A program made the translations under genes and the position numbers. DNA of 64,000 bases from a virus. This document shows, piece after piece, positions 49,061-59,400 of this stretch; position 1 is the stretch's first letter; each line of letters starts with the position of its first letter. The stretch covers positions 40,267-104,266 of the IMG/VR virus record IMGVR_UViG_3300027736_000029; one strand, given 5' to 3'. The notes beneath the pieces were generated by a model, which was not told the origin of the DNA, did no database searches, and saw only the letters and a list, made by a program, of their open reading frames with translations.

Positions 49061-49759
49061 ATGGATTTTAATTACTACTGCAACCAAAATAACACAGATA
49101 AAGGAGATTTATCACCACTTGGTAATCGATACGCCAATTTTTATGAAAATTGGTTTTCAAAACTAAAAAACTCAGCAACTAATATTTGTGAAATCGGTAT
49201 TGATTCTGGAGGTTCTCTAAAGTCTTATTATGATTATTTTCAAAACGCTCAAATTTTTGGATTAGATATAAATGACAAATCATTATACAATAATGATAGA
49301 ATTAAGACATTTATTTTAGACCAAAGTAAATCTCAAGATTTAGATAGTTTTGTTAATTATTGTAAATCTAATAACATCCAATTTGACTTTATATTAGATG
49401 ATGGTTCACATGATGTTGAACACCAACAATTAACTTTTGGTAAATTATTTGAATTAGTTAAACCAAACGGTTTTTATATCATTGAAGATTTGGGTAGTAG
49501 TTACTTCACATTAGGTAATAATCTTTATGGTTATATTCAAACTCAAACTAAAATTAACAATAACACGATTAAATTTTTAAATCAAAGACCATTTAGTAGT
49601 CTTTGGATTTCAGAAGAAAACTTAATACAAATCAATAACTTAGTAGATTCTGTAACCATATTTGATACATATAACAAAGATTTACCATATACTACTGATT
49701 TTACATGTGAAAATAATTACCCTATTAGGTCAATTACTTCAGTTATTAAGAAAAAATAA
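49061..49759 (+). CDS. SAM-dependent sugar O-methyltransferase (MycE/TylE-like)
   Basis: TDK, EIGI..GGSL, GLDI, DQS, ILDDGSH, GFYIIEDL. Confidence 0.85.
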   Translation: MDFNYYCNQNNTDKGDLSPLGNRYANFYENWFSKLKNSATNICEIGIDSGGSLKSYYDYFQNAQIFGLDINDKSLYNNDRIKTFILDQSKSQDLDSFVNYCKSNNIQFDFILDDGSHDVEHQQLTFGKLFELVKPNGFYIIEDLGSSYFTLGNNLYGYIQTQTKINNNTIKFLNQRPFSSLWISEENLIQINNLVDSVTIFDTYNKDLPYTTDFTCENNYPIRSITSVIKKK

Positions 49760-49761
49760 TT

Positions 49762-50778
49762 ATGAAACTTTTAACCATATTAGATTGTTACATCCATAAC
49801 AACACAATACTCAATAAATTAGATTCGTTTATTGACAAATTAAAATCAAAAAATTCTGATATTTTATTAATTTCAAATACAACTATTCCAATAGAAATTC
49901 AACAAAAAGTAGATTATTGTTTATACGATTCCAATAATCATTTTTTTTCAAGTGATTGGGAATTTTCTGAATTGTTTGTAGTTAAGACTTTAATATCTGG
50001 CGGTAATTGTCAAGATGTTTTTCCAAAATTACAACCACATGGTTTATCTGTGATGATTAATATTTTTAACGCAATTACTATTGGTAAAAGTTTAGGTTAT
50101 ACCCATTTTGAAAAATTAGAATATGACCCATTATTCTCTGACGAGTCATTTAACAATTTATCTTTATTACCTTCAAGATGTTTAGATGAAAATAAAAAAG
50201 GTTTGTACTTACTAAATAATATAACAAACCCTCCTGATGTATCCTTTCATTATTTTTTCTCTGAAATTGATTATTTTTTATCAAATGTTAAAAACATAAA
50301 ATATGAAAATGATTATCGTGATTTTATTAATCAAACAAATGGTAATAATTTCTTCATCAATGTTGAAAGATTTTTATATCAAAATTTAGAAATTTCTGGT
50401 TTAGAAAATTTTGTATTAATTAACGAAGAAGAACGAGATTTGAAATTTCCAAACACGTATTGGAATTCTGAAGTTTCACCAAATAACATACCTAAAAAAT
50501 ATAATAGCTGTACATCTCGTTTGTATTTGCCAATGGATACAAATGAGTATGTCGTATTATTATCAATGAATTATGATAATAAACATAAAGAAAGAATTAT
50601 TAAATGTTATTTTGATGATGGTTTTATTTACACATCAACACATCATATAACCAGTAAAGGTAGTTATACTTATGACAGTATAACCCCCAACATTCAGTTT
50701 ATTGAAGTATTTGAGAATGGTGAGTTACTTTATACTGAACATATCTCAGAAGTTAATAATCTAATACAAATTAGTTAA
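49762..50778 (+). CDS. uncharacterised GT-A-like protein (paralog 3 of 4)
   Basis: ILLISNT.IP..IQ..VDY..YD.NN; HGLSV; LGYTHF.KLEYD. Confidence 0.55.
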   Translation: MKLLTILDCYIHNNTILNKLDSFIDKLKSKNSDILLISNTTIPIEIQQKVDYCLYDSNNHFFSSDWEFSELFVVKTLISGGNCQDVFPKLQPHGLSVMINIFNAITIGKSLGYTHFEKLEYDPLFSDESFNNLSLLPSRCLDENKKGLYLLNNITNPPDVSFHYFFSEIDYFLSNVKNIKYENDYRDFINQTNGNNFFINVERFLYQNLEISGLENFVLINEEERDLKFPNTYWNSEVSPNNIPKKYNSCTSRLYLPMDTNEYVVLLSMNYDNKHKERIIKCYFDDGFIYTSTHHITSKGSYTYDSITPNIQFIEVFENGELLYTEHISEVNNLIQIS

Positions 50779-50780
50779 AT

Positions 50781-51911
50781 ATGAAATTCACATTTGTTAC
50801 ATCATTTTATAAAACAGAGAATTATATTAAAGAATTATATGATTCAATAAAATCACAAACCTATACCAATTGGGAATGGATTGTAACTGACGATTTTTCT
50901 GATGATAATACAAAACAAATTTTGTTAGACATTTGTTCTAATGATAAAAAAGTTAGATATATAGAACAATCCAAGAAAAAAGAAATGTTTTACAATCCAC
51001 AATGGTTTTGTAAAGAATCTGAAATTATTGTTGAACTTGGAAGTGATGATGTTATATCCCCCAAAGCTCTTGAGGTATATCTATATTATTTCACCAAATT
51101 CCCTGAAGTTATTATGATATCTTGTAGGTCCAATTCTTTTTTGGACGATGGTAGTTGGAATAACTTTGAGGTTCGTAATTTCAAGAATTGTAAAAATCTA
51201 TTGTGTGGGAATATCTTATATCTTAAAGCATGGAGAAATAAGATTACCGATGTTGATTACAACCCTGGTGATTGGATGGAGTTCTTCTATAATGATTTGG
51301 TATTCAATGCTCATTTAGAAGAGGAAGGTAAAGTATTAATCTTACCAAGAGCTTTATACAAATACAGGTATAGACCTGAATCCATCAGCAGAAAATTATA
51401 CACAATGGAAAACTTGGACAAGATGATGGATGAGAATAGAAACATTGTTTCAATGGTTAATGAACGTAGAGGTAACGAGATTGAAACGATTGACAGGTAT
51501 TTTGAGGACATTGTTGATTTATCATTACCATTTATGGATATGGAATTTTCCATGATTGATACTCAGAAAAGGATTGGGTATTTTACAACGTCAATTAACG
51601 ATAAAAAATTTGGTTTAATTAAGGAGTTATTATTTGACCAAGACGTACATTTAAACAAATTTGACCGTGAGTATGATTGGGGATTTTATTATATTAAAAC
51701 CATGACCGATGTTGTTCTTATGACGAATACAATATCCAAAATTTTTGAATTAAACCCAAACTGCAATGTTAGAATTGCCGTGGACAATATTGAAAACACT
51801 GAATTAAGAGAAAAACTTTATAATGAAATTTCTGATTTTTTATTACAAAAGTATTATTATTTCACTAACTGTTTTGAATTCTGTCTTTTTACAGTAGGAA
51901 TACCATCATGA
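50781..51911 (+). CDS. GT2 glycosyltransferase
   Basis: SIKSQTYTNWEWIVTDDFSDD, LGSDD, LYKYR. Confidence 0.9.
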   Translation: MKFTFVTSFYKTENYIKELYDSIKSQTYTNWEWIVTDDFSDDNTKQILLDICSNDKKVRYIEQSKKKEMFYNPQWFCKESEIIVELGSDDVISPKALEVYLYYFTKFPEVIMISCRSNSFLDDGSWNNFEVRNFKNCKNLLCGNILYLKAWRNKITDVDYNPGDWMEFFYNDLVFNAHLEEEGKVLILPRALYKYRYRPESISRKLYTMENLDKMMDENRNIVSMVNERRGNEIETIDRYFEDIVDLSLPFMDMEFSMIDTQKRIGYFTTSINDKKFGLIKELLFDQDVHLNKFDREYDWGFYYIKTMTDVVLMTNTISKIFELNPNCNVRIAVDNIENTELREKLYNEISDFLLQKYYYFTNCFEFCLFTVGIPS

Positions 51912-52939
51912 AAAAAATTACAATTATAGATTGCTTTATCAGTTCTGATAAAGTCTTAGAAAAATTAGAAACAATGATTTCTCAACTTAAAAATAATGGT
52001 GAGGATGTCTTTCTGTTATCTAATACAAACATACCACCACATATACAAGAATTAACAAACTATTCTTTTTACGATAAAAACAATCGTTTATTTACCGATG
52101 ATTATGAAGGTGTTAGTTTGTTGGACATTTGGAAAGGTTTTGATAAAGGTGGTATTCATGAACTTGAACCAGCGTTTCAAAGACATGGTTTGTCCGTTAT
52201 TATTAATTTATTTTTTACATTAGAATTGTGTAAAAATTTGGGATACACCCATTTTCAAAGGTTGGAAGTTGATGCGTTACTTGGAGAAAAATCATTGGAG
52301 TTCATGAAACAAATACCCCAAACTTGTTTGGAACAAAACAAAAAAGGTTGGTTTTATGTTAACAAATATGATGATGGTAAAGAAGCATCTTTTCACTACA
52401 TGTTTTGTGAAATTGATTATTTCCTAAACACCTCCCCCAAGATTAGTTGTGAAAAAGATTATCAAGATTACATCTTTAATAAATGGGGTGTTAAAAAGTT
52501 TACCCCTGTAGAGACGTTTATTTTTGATACTCTTAAATTAGAAAATAATACTGATATTATAACAAGAAATGGTAAGGACAATATGAGTTCTGATTTTGAG
52601 GGCACATATTTTAATAGTGAAACTAGTGAGGCTAACTTATCACCAAAGTATCGAGGTTGTTCAACAAGAATTTATAACTGTATCAAATGTGAAAATGAAA
52701 CGGATAAAATCATTTTAACTTTTAACTATAAAGATAAAATGGTTAAAAGAGATGTTAAAATATTTTACACTGATGGTAGTATTGATAATATAGTTCATGT
52801 TGTTGAATCTAAAGGATATTTTACTTATACTACACATTCAAAAGAAATTGAAAAGATTGAAGTTTATGAAAATGACAAATTACTATACGATGAATATAAC
52901 AAAAACATTTATAGTTACGTTGAATTTACTATATTTTAA
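51908..52939 (+). CDS. uncharacterised GT-A-like protein (paralog 4 of 4)
   Basis: VFLLSNT.IP..IQ..TNY..YD.NN; HGLSV; LGYTHF.RLEVD; collinear with 49762..50778. Confidence 0.55.
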   Translation: MKKITIIDCFISSDKVLEKLETMISQLKNNGEDVFLLSNTNIPPHIQELTNYSFYDKNNRLFTDDYEGVSLLDIWKGFDKGGIHELEPAFQRHGLSVIINLFFTLELCKNLGYTHFQRLEVDALLGEKSLEFMKQIPQTCLEQNKKGWFYVNKYDDGKEASFHYMFCEIDYFLNTSPKISCEKDYQDYIFNKWGVKKFTPVETFIFDTLKLENNTDIITRNGKDNMSSDFEGTYFNSETSEANLSPKYRGCSTRIYNCIKCENETDKIILTFNYKDKMVKRDVKIFYTDGSIDNIVHVVESKGYFTYTTHSKEIEKIEVYENDKLLYDEYNKNIYSYVEFTIF

Positions 52940-52945
52940 TAAATT

Positions 52946-55048
52946 ATGAAAATTACTCAGGTAACACCAGGTTTAATATCAATACCTCCAAAAGGTTGGG
53001 GTGCGATAGAAAAGATTATTTGGAACTATAAGATACAGTTTGAAAAAATGGGTCATGAGTGTGGTATTCAATATCTTGATGATGTTGATACCACATCTGA
53101 CATTATTCACATCCACGTTGCCAATTTGGCAATTATGGCTCAAGAAAGAGGTATACCGTATATCTTTTCATTACACGACCATCACGTTGTTCGTCATGGT
53201 AAAGATTCTCAAACTTATAAAGAAAACCTTGATGCCATTAAAGGGTCAATTATTTCTTTTACACACGCTGAAAATTTGTGTAAGTATTTTGATGAGACGG
53301 ATAAATTGTTTTATTTGAGTCATGGTGTTGATACTGAGTTATATAAAAACGACTCTCTTATTAAACCTTATACAAAATTATTGTGTGTTGCCAACAATGG
53401 ATATGCTGATAATCAAAGTGTGGATAGAAAAGGTTTTAGATATGCTATTGAAGCCGCTCGTGAGTTGAATCATCCGATTACTATTGTTGGTCCAAAAAAC
53501 AATGAGAATTTCTTTAATGTTAATAAAGATTTATTGGATTATGATAAATTACACATCATTGATACAAACCCAAATGAAGAAGAGTTAATTAAATTGTATA
53601 ATGAACATACAATATTTTTACATCCATCTGAATTAGAAGCGGGTCATCCAAATTTAACATTACTTGAGGCGATTTCATGCGGTCTTCCAATTGTTGGAAC
53701 TTATGATGGTACCAAAGAACTTAATAGTATTTACAAGATTGATAGGTCAACAAATTCTGTGGTAACAGGTATTAAACACGTTACATCAAATATTGAAACT
53801 TTTGTTAACCACACTCAAAGTGAAAAATTAAAATATGATTGGTCGGTTATTTGTAAAAGATTGTTAAACATATATAATTCAGTAAACGATATTAAAAAAG
53901 AATATAACTCTGAATTAACCAAACAACTTTACATTGATGTGTATGAAAATACCAATAAAATCGAACATGAAATATTAAATGATTATTCGTTTAATATCAA
54001 TTTTATTAAAGGTGCTTACATAGAAGTTTTAGGTTCTGCAACAAGACATTTTGATGTTGAGATTTGGAATGACAATCATTTGGATTATAAAAATAAACTC
54101 AGTTCTGGTATGTTTGCCAAAACAAATAAACAATATTTCCGTAATTGGAATATGAAAGTTTATGATGGTGATATGCCTGTTTTTGATTATAAACTTAACT
54201 TATCAGGTAAACGAGTTTATATCGCAGTTGATTCAGGTTCTTTGGGTGACAACATTGCATGGATGCCATATATTGATGAATTTAGAAAAAGACATAATTG
54301 TCATGTTATTACTTCAACATTCAAGAATGATTTGTTCAAAAATGTATATCCAAAAATTGAATTTGTAACACCTGGAAGTACAGTAAATGATTTATTTGGA
54401 ATGTACACTTTGGGTTGGTTTTATGATTTGAATAAAGAACCAACATTACCAAACATTGTTGGTTTACAAGAACATGCTAGTTTAATACTTGGTTTAGACC
54501 ACAAAGAAATTAGAACTAAAATTGATTTTACACCATCAGAAAGACCTTATGAAGAAAAATATGTGGTTATTGCAACTAGTTCAACAGCACAATGTAAATT
54601 TTGGAATAATGAAACAGGTTGGGTTGAATTGGTTGATTACTTAAAATCAAAAGGTTATAGGGTAATCAACATATCAAAAGAAGGTAACAATGTTCACAAC
54701 GCTGAAATGATTAATGATACTTCAATGTATAATACCCAAAACGTAATTTACCATAGTGAATTTATGATTGGATTATCAAGTGGTTTATCTTGGTTATCAT
54801 GGGCTTTAGGAAAACACGTTGTTATGTTATCAAACTTCACAAGTGCTGACCATGAATTTGTCGGTGATTGTACAAGAATCGTTAATTACGATGTATGTAA
54901 TGGTTGTTGGAATAAAGCTATGTTTAAGTTTGATAAAGGTGATTGGAATTGGTGTCCTGAACACAAAAATACTTCAAGACAACACGAGTGTCATAAATTA
55001 ATAACGTCAGAAATGGTAATAAATCAAATACAACATTTAATAAAATGA
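52946..55048 (+). CDS. GT4 glycosyltransferase fused to an Aah/TibC-family (BAHT) O-glycosyltransferase
   Basis: N-terminal IPPKGWGAIE, RKG, EAGHPNLTLLEAISCGLP; C-terminal SLGDNIAW, YVVIATSSTAQCKFWNN..GW, IGLSSGLSWLSWA, CNGCWN..CPEHKNT.RQHEC. Confidence 0.92.
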   Translation: MKITQVTPGLISIPPKGWGAIEKIIWNYKIQFEKMGHECGIQYLDDVDTTSDIIHIHVANLAIMAQERGIPYIFSLHDHHVVRHGKDSQTYKENLDAIKGSIISFTHAENLCKYFDETDKLFYLSHGVDTELYKNDSLIKPYTKLLCVANNGYADNQSVDRKGFRYAIEAARELNHPITIVGPKNNENFFNVNKDLLDYDKLHIIDTNPNEEELIKLYNEHTIFLHPSELEAGHPNLTLLEAISCGLPIVGTYDGTKELNSIYKIDRSTNSVVTGIKHVTSNIETFVNHTQSEKLKYDWSVICKRLLNIYNSVNDIKKEYNSELTKQLYIDVYENTNKIEHEILNDYSFNINFIKGAYIEVLGSATRHFDVEIWNDNHLDYKNKLSSGMFAKTNKQYFRNWNMKVYDGDMPVFDYKLNLSGKRVYIAVDSGSLGDNIAWMPYIDEFRKRHNCHVITSTFKNDLFKNVYPKIEFVTPGSTVNDLFGMYTLGWFYDLNKEPTLPNIVGLQEHASLILGLDHKEIRTKIDFTPSERPYEEKYVVIATSSTAQCKFWNNETGWVELVDYLKSKGYRVINISKEGNNVHNAEMINDTSMYNTQNVIYHSEFMIGLSSGLSWLSWALGKHVVMLSNFTSADHEFVGDCTRIVNYDVCNGCWNKAMFKFDKGDWNWCPEHKNTSRQHECHKLITSEMVINQIQHLIK

Positions 55049-55422
55049 ATATAGAAGTATCACACGGAGAGATTGTCGATAAGTTAACAATTCTCCAAAT
55101 TAAAAAAGAAAATATAAAAGACCCAAGTAAGTTGGATAATATTGTAAAGGAGTACAATTATTTATTATCAATCGTTGAGAATGATTTAGGTATTTTAACG
55201 TCATCTCCTGAATATTTAGAACTATTATCAATTAATAAGGACCTTTGGGTTATTGAAGATGATATTAGAGAAAAAGAAAGGCAAAAACAATTTGACGATG
55301 ATTTCGTTAAACTTGCTCGTGATGTTTACTACACCAACGATGTTCGTGCTAAAATAAAAAAAGAAATAAACCTGAAATATTCATCAGGGTTTATTGAAGA
55401 GAAAAGTTATTCTCAATATTAA
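55045..55422 (+). CDS. DUF6165-like protein
   Basis: VS.GEIVDKLTILQIK; LW.IEDDIR; LAR.VY.TND.R; EEKSY. Confidence 0.8.
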   Translation: MNIEVSHGEIVDKLTILQIKKENIKDPSKLDNIVKEYNYLLSIVENDLGILTSSPEYLELLSINKDLWVIEDDIREKERQKQFDDDFVKLARDVYYTNDVRAKIKKEINLKYSSGFIEEKSYSQY

Positions 55423-55688
55423 ATACTTGTAGGATATCCTGTAATTGTCATTCCTCTATCGGAAGCAATTGCTTGTATAATTACCTTATCATCAGTTCCC
55501 CAAGTTTGTAAGACTGATGGTGATAATTTATATGTTTCACCAAATACATATTCTCCTGAAGAATTCAAGAGGTCATATTTGACATAACATTCTGAAGCCA
55601 TTAAATCATATCTACTGATACTTGCTCTAAGATATGAGGCTTGTTTAGTTAAAATTGATACCGGTGTAATTGATGCTAATAATGCCAT
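55419..55688 (-). CDS. hypothetical protein (fibre-associated?)
   Basis: 89 aa ORF downstream of the fibre genes; TATTTATA 4 nt upstream. Confidence 0.7.
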   Translation of the reverse strand: MALLASITPVSILTKQASYLRASISRYDLMASECYVKYDLLNSSGEYVFGETYKLSPSVLQTWGTDDKVIIQAIASDRGMTITGYPTSI

Positions 55689-55692
55689 ATGT

Positions 55693-55700
55693 TATAAATA
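55693..55700 (-). promoter_or_regulatory. putative phage promoter motif TATTTATA
   Basis: Ends 4 nt before ATG 55688. Confidence 0.65.
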
Positions 55701-55713
55701 TATTAAAAGTTGT

Positions 55714-56403
55714 TTATGTTACGTATATGTCATAAAGAATTCCACTACTATTGGTAAATCCTTGTGACGCACCACCTGACTGCCAAGTAAAACTACCACC
55801 ACCGCCACCAACGTTAATTCTTGTTGTACCATTAACACTAAATGCTATATTACTTATAGTGTTACCAGGATTTGTGTTTACTTGAATACTCCAATAAACA
55901 TTATCTACTAAAGGAAAACTATTAACAGAAAAACCAGGCATTTGGGTTGCTCCTGCAGATGTTCCTCCAGGAGCATTAATATTAAAACTATTATGAACTG
56001 TATAAACACCATTATAATCATAACAGTTAACAGTAACGTTTACATCATTTATAACCGGAGGGGGTGGAAAAAATGTATTGTTTTTTGTATTATTGTAAGA
56101 ATATTTTATATCATAAGTAGTTCCATCAAAATAAAATTGGTTGTTTTGGAATTCAGCAAAAGATGTTGGGTCAGGTATTGAACCACTTAAATCAGGAAAA
56201 TTATATATAACATTACCCCCTAATGGTACTCCACCACCTGAGCCATCCATTCCATAACCATTATAGGTATAGGTAGATGAACCCAATGGTCCTTGAGCCC
56301 ATGAGTTATATGATATTCCCCCCAAACTTTCGCTTGAGGAGAAACCAGGTGTTGATTCTTGGTATATATCATCTAAACCTAAATTTGTACTTGGTAATGC
56401 CAT
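55714..56403 (-). CDS. putative fibre-tip/adhesin-like protein
   Basis: G/S/N/aromatic-rich beta-type sequence immediately downstream of the S74 fibre; MALPS..L.L.DI start. Confidence 0.5.
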   Translation of the reverse strand: MALPSTNLGLDDIYQESTPGFSSSESLGGISYNSWAQGPLGSSTYTYNGYGMDGSGGGVPLGGNVIYNFPDLSGSIPDPTSFAEFQNNQFYFDGTTYDIKYSYNNTKNNTFFPPPPVINDVNVTVNCYDYNGVYTVHNSFNINAPGGTSAGATQMPGFSVNSFPLVDNVYWSIQVNTNPGNTISNIAFSVNGTTRINVGGGGGSFTWQSGGASQGFTNSSGILYDIYVT

Positions 56404-56408
56404 ACTAA

Positions 56409-59400
56409 TTACTTTTTAAGTTCGTTAATTTGTTGTTGTAAATTATCCATTTTGTTTGATAATTCTTTAATTGCTTCAATTAACAATCCACTCATGTTAC
56501 CGTATGCCACTGACATTATTCCTGTTTCTTTATCTGTATTTACAACTTCAGGTAAAACTTCATTTACATCTTGTGCGATAACACCAGCGTATCTTCTGTC
56601 ATTGTCATTATCAATATCGGTTCTTACATAAGTAACACCGTTAATTTGTTGAATTTTACTTAAAGCTTCATCAATTACCTTAACATCTCCTTTAATTCTT
56701 GCGTCTGAGTATGCTACAATATCAGCCGATGCGTATATTGAAATACCACTCACGTTAGCATTTACGTGTAATGGATAACTTGGTGATGTTGTTGCAACAC
56801 CTAATCTACTATTTGTAATGTCTGCGTATAGGAAAGATGTTGATTGAATTGTTGAACCGTTAACTGTGTATACCAAGTAGTTAGGTTGGTTTGTGAATAC
56901 ACCACCACTGATACCACTTGTACCCGATGCTGGTGACAAACCTGATGAACCTGCGGTTCCTGATGTACCCGAAGTTCCTGAAGTTCTTGATGCTCCTGAT
57001 GTACCAGCAGCTCCTGACGAACCTGATGTTCCTGATGTTCCTGATGTTCCTGAAGTTTGTGATGCTCCTGATGCTCCCGCATTTCCTGCAGCTCCTGCCG
57101 AACCTGATGTACCACTTGTACCTGAAGTTCCTGAAGTTTGTGATGCTCCTGATGCTCCCGCATTTCCTACCGCTCCCGCAGTACCACTTGTACCCGATGT
57201 TCCTGAAGTTTGAGATACACCTGATGCTCCTGCAGTTCCCGCCGCTCCTGATGAACCTGAAGTACCTGATGTACCTGAAGTTCCTGAAGTTTGAGATACT
57301 CCTGATGCTCCTGCGTTTCCTGATGCTCCTGCCGAACCTGATGTACCTGATGTTCCTGATGTTCCTGAAGAACCACTTGAACCTGATGCTCCTGAGTTAC
57401 CTGAGTTACCTGCCGCTCCTGATGTTCCTGATGTACCTGATGTTCCTGAAGAACCACTTGAACCTGATGCTCCCGATGTACCAGCCGCTCCTGAAGCTCC
57501 TGATGTTCCACTAGTTCCTGATGTACCTGAAGTTTGTGATGCTCCTGAAGCTCCTGCAGCTCCTGCCGCTCCCGATGAACCATTTGTACCTGATGTACCT
57601 GATGTACCTGAAGTTTGTGATGCTCCTGAAGCTCCTGCAGCTCCTGCCGCTCCCGATGAACCATTTGTACCTGATGTACCTGATGTACCTGAAGTTTGTG
57701 ATGCTCCTGAAGCTCCTGCAGCACCTGCCGCTCCCGATGAACCTGACGTTCCTGATGTTCCTGAAGTTCCTGAAGTTTGAGACGCTCCTGATGTACCAAC
57801 AGCTCCCGATGCTCCCGATGTACCACTCGTACCCGATGTACCTGAAGTTTGTGATGCTCCTGATGCTCCTGCAGCTCCCGCAGTACCACTTGTACCTGAT
57901 GTTCCTGAAGTTTGAGATGCTCCTGACGCTCCTGCTGCTCCCGCAGTACCTGATGTACCTGACGTTCCTGAAGTTTGTGATGCTCCTGATGCTCCAGCCG
58001 CTCCTGATGAACCTGAAGTTCCACTTGTTCCTGAAGAACCCGACGCTCCTGATGCTCCCGATGAACCTGAAGAACCACTTGAACCTGATGTTCCTGAAGT
58101 ACCTGAAGTTTGTGACGCTCCTGAAGAACCAGCATTTCCTGACGCTCCCGCAGTACCACTAGTACCTGATGTACCTGAGGTTTGTGATGCTCCTGATGCT
58201 CCTGCCGCTCCTGATGAACCCGAAGTTCCACTTGTTCCTGAAGAACCTGACGCTCCTGATGCTCCCGATGAACCTGAAGAACCACTTGAACCAGATGTTC
58301 CTGATGTTCCACTAGTTTGTGACGCTCCTGAAGTACCAGCATTTCCTGATGCTCCTGCAGTACCACTTGTACCTGATGTACCTGAAGTTTGTGATGCTCC
58401 TGATGCTCCTGCCGCTCCTGATGAACCTGAAGTTCCACTTGTTCCTGAAGAACCTGACGCTCCTGATGCTCCCGATGAACCTGAAGAACCACTTGAACCT
58501 GATGTTCCTGATGTACCTGAAGTTTGTGACGCTCCTGAAGTACCAGCATTTCCTGATGCTCCTGCAGTACCACTTGTACCTGATGTACCTGAAGTTTGTG
58601 ATGCTCCTGAAGCTCCTGCCGCTCCTGATGAACCTGAAGTTCCACTTGTTCCTGAAGAACCTGACGCTCCTGATGCTCCCGATGAACCTGAAGAACCACT
58701 TGAACCTGATGTTCCTGATGTACCTGAAGTTTGTGACGCTCCTGAAGTACCAGCATTTCCTGATGCTCCCGCAGTACCACTTGTACCTGATGTACCTGAA
58801 GTTTGTGATGCTCCTGAAGCTCCTGCCGCTCCTGATGAACCACTTGTACCTGAAGTACCGCTAGTTCCTGAAGAACCTGATGCTCTTGAAATTCCTGATG
58901 AACCGTCAGAACCACTTGAACCTGATGTTCCTGAAGTTCCACTAGTTCCTGAAGTACGTGAAAGTCCTGAAGAACCCGCTGAACCTGAAGAACCACTTGA
59001 ACCTGATGTTCCTGATGTACCTGATGTTCCAGAAGTCTGACTCAATCCTGAAGAACCTGCCGAACCTGAAGAACCACTTGAACCTGAAGTTCCTGAAGTA
59101 CCTGAAGTTTGTGATGCTCCTGAAGCTCCTGCAGTTCCTGCCGCTCCTGATGAACCTGATGTTCCTGATGTACCTGATGTTCCTGAAGTTTGCGATACTC
59201 CTGCCGCTCCTGCTGAACCTGAAGAACCACTTGAACCTGATGTACCAGAAGTACCTGATGTTCCTGAAGAACCAGCAGAACCTGAACTTCCTGAAGAACC
59301 TGATGTTCCTGATGTACCTGAAGTTTGAGATGCTCCTGACGTACCTGCCACTCCTGATGCTCCTGATGTTCCACTAGTACCTGATGTTCCTGATGTTTGA

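Noticed and set aside
37018-55422. Host LPS/capsule locus or chimeric join
   Set aside because: No flippase, polymerase, chain-length or initiating transferase genes. It overlaps a phage-type gene at 55419-55422 and shares the apparent GATC avoidance. Not fully excluded without reads.
6262-55700. T4 late promoter TATAAATA on the plus strand
   Set aside because: Orientation relative to adjacent start codons is consistently the reverse (sense TATTTATA), so it is not a T4 gp55-type promoter as such.
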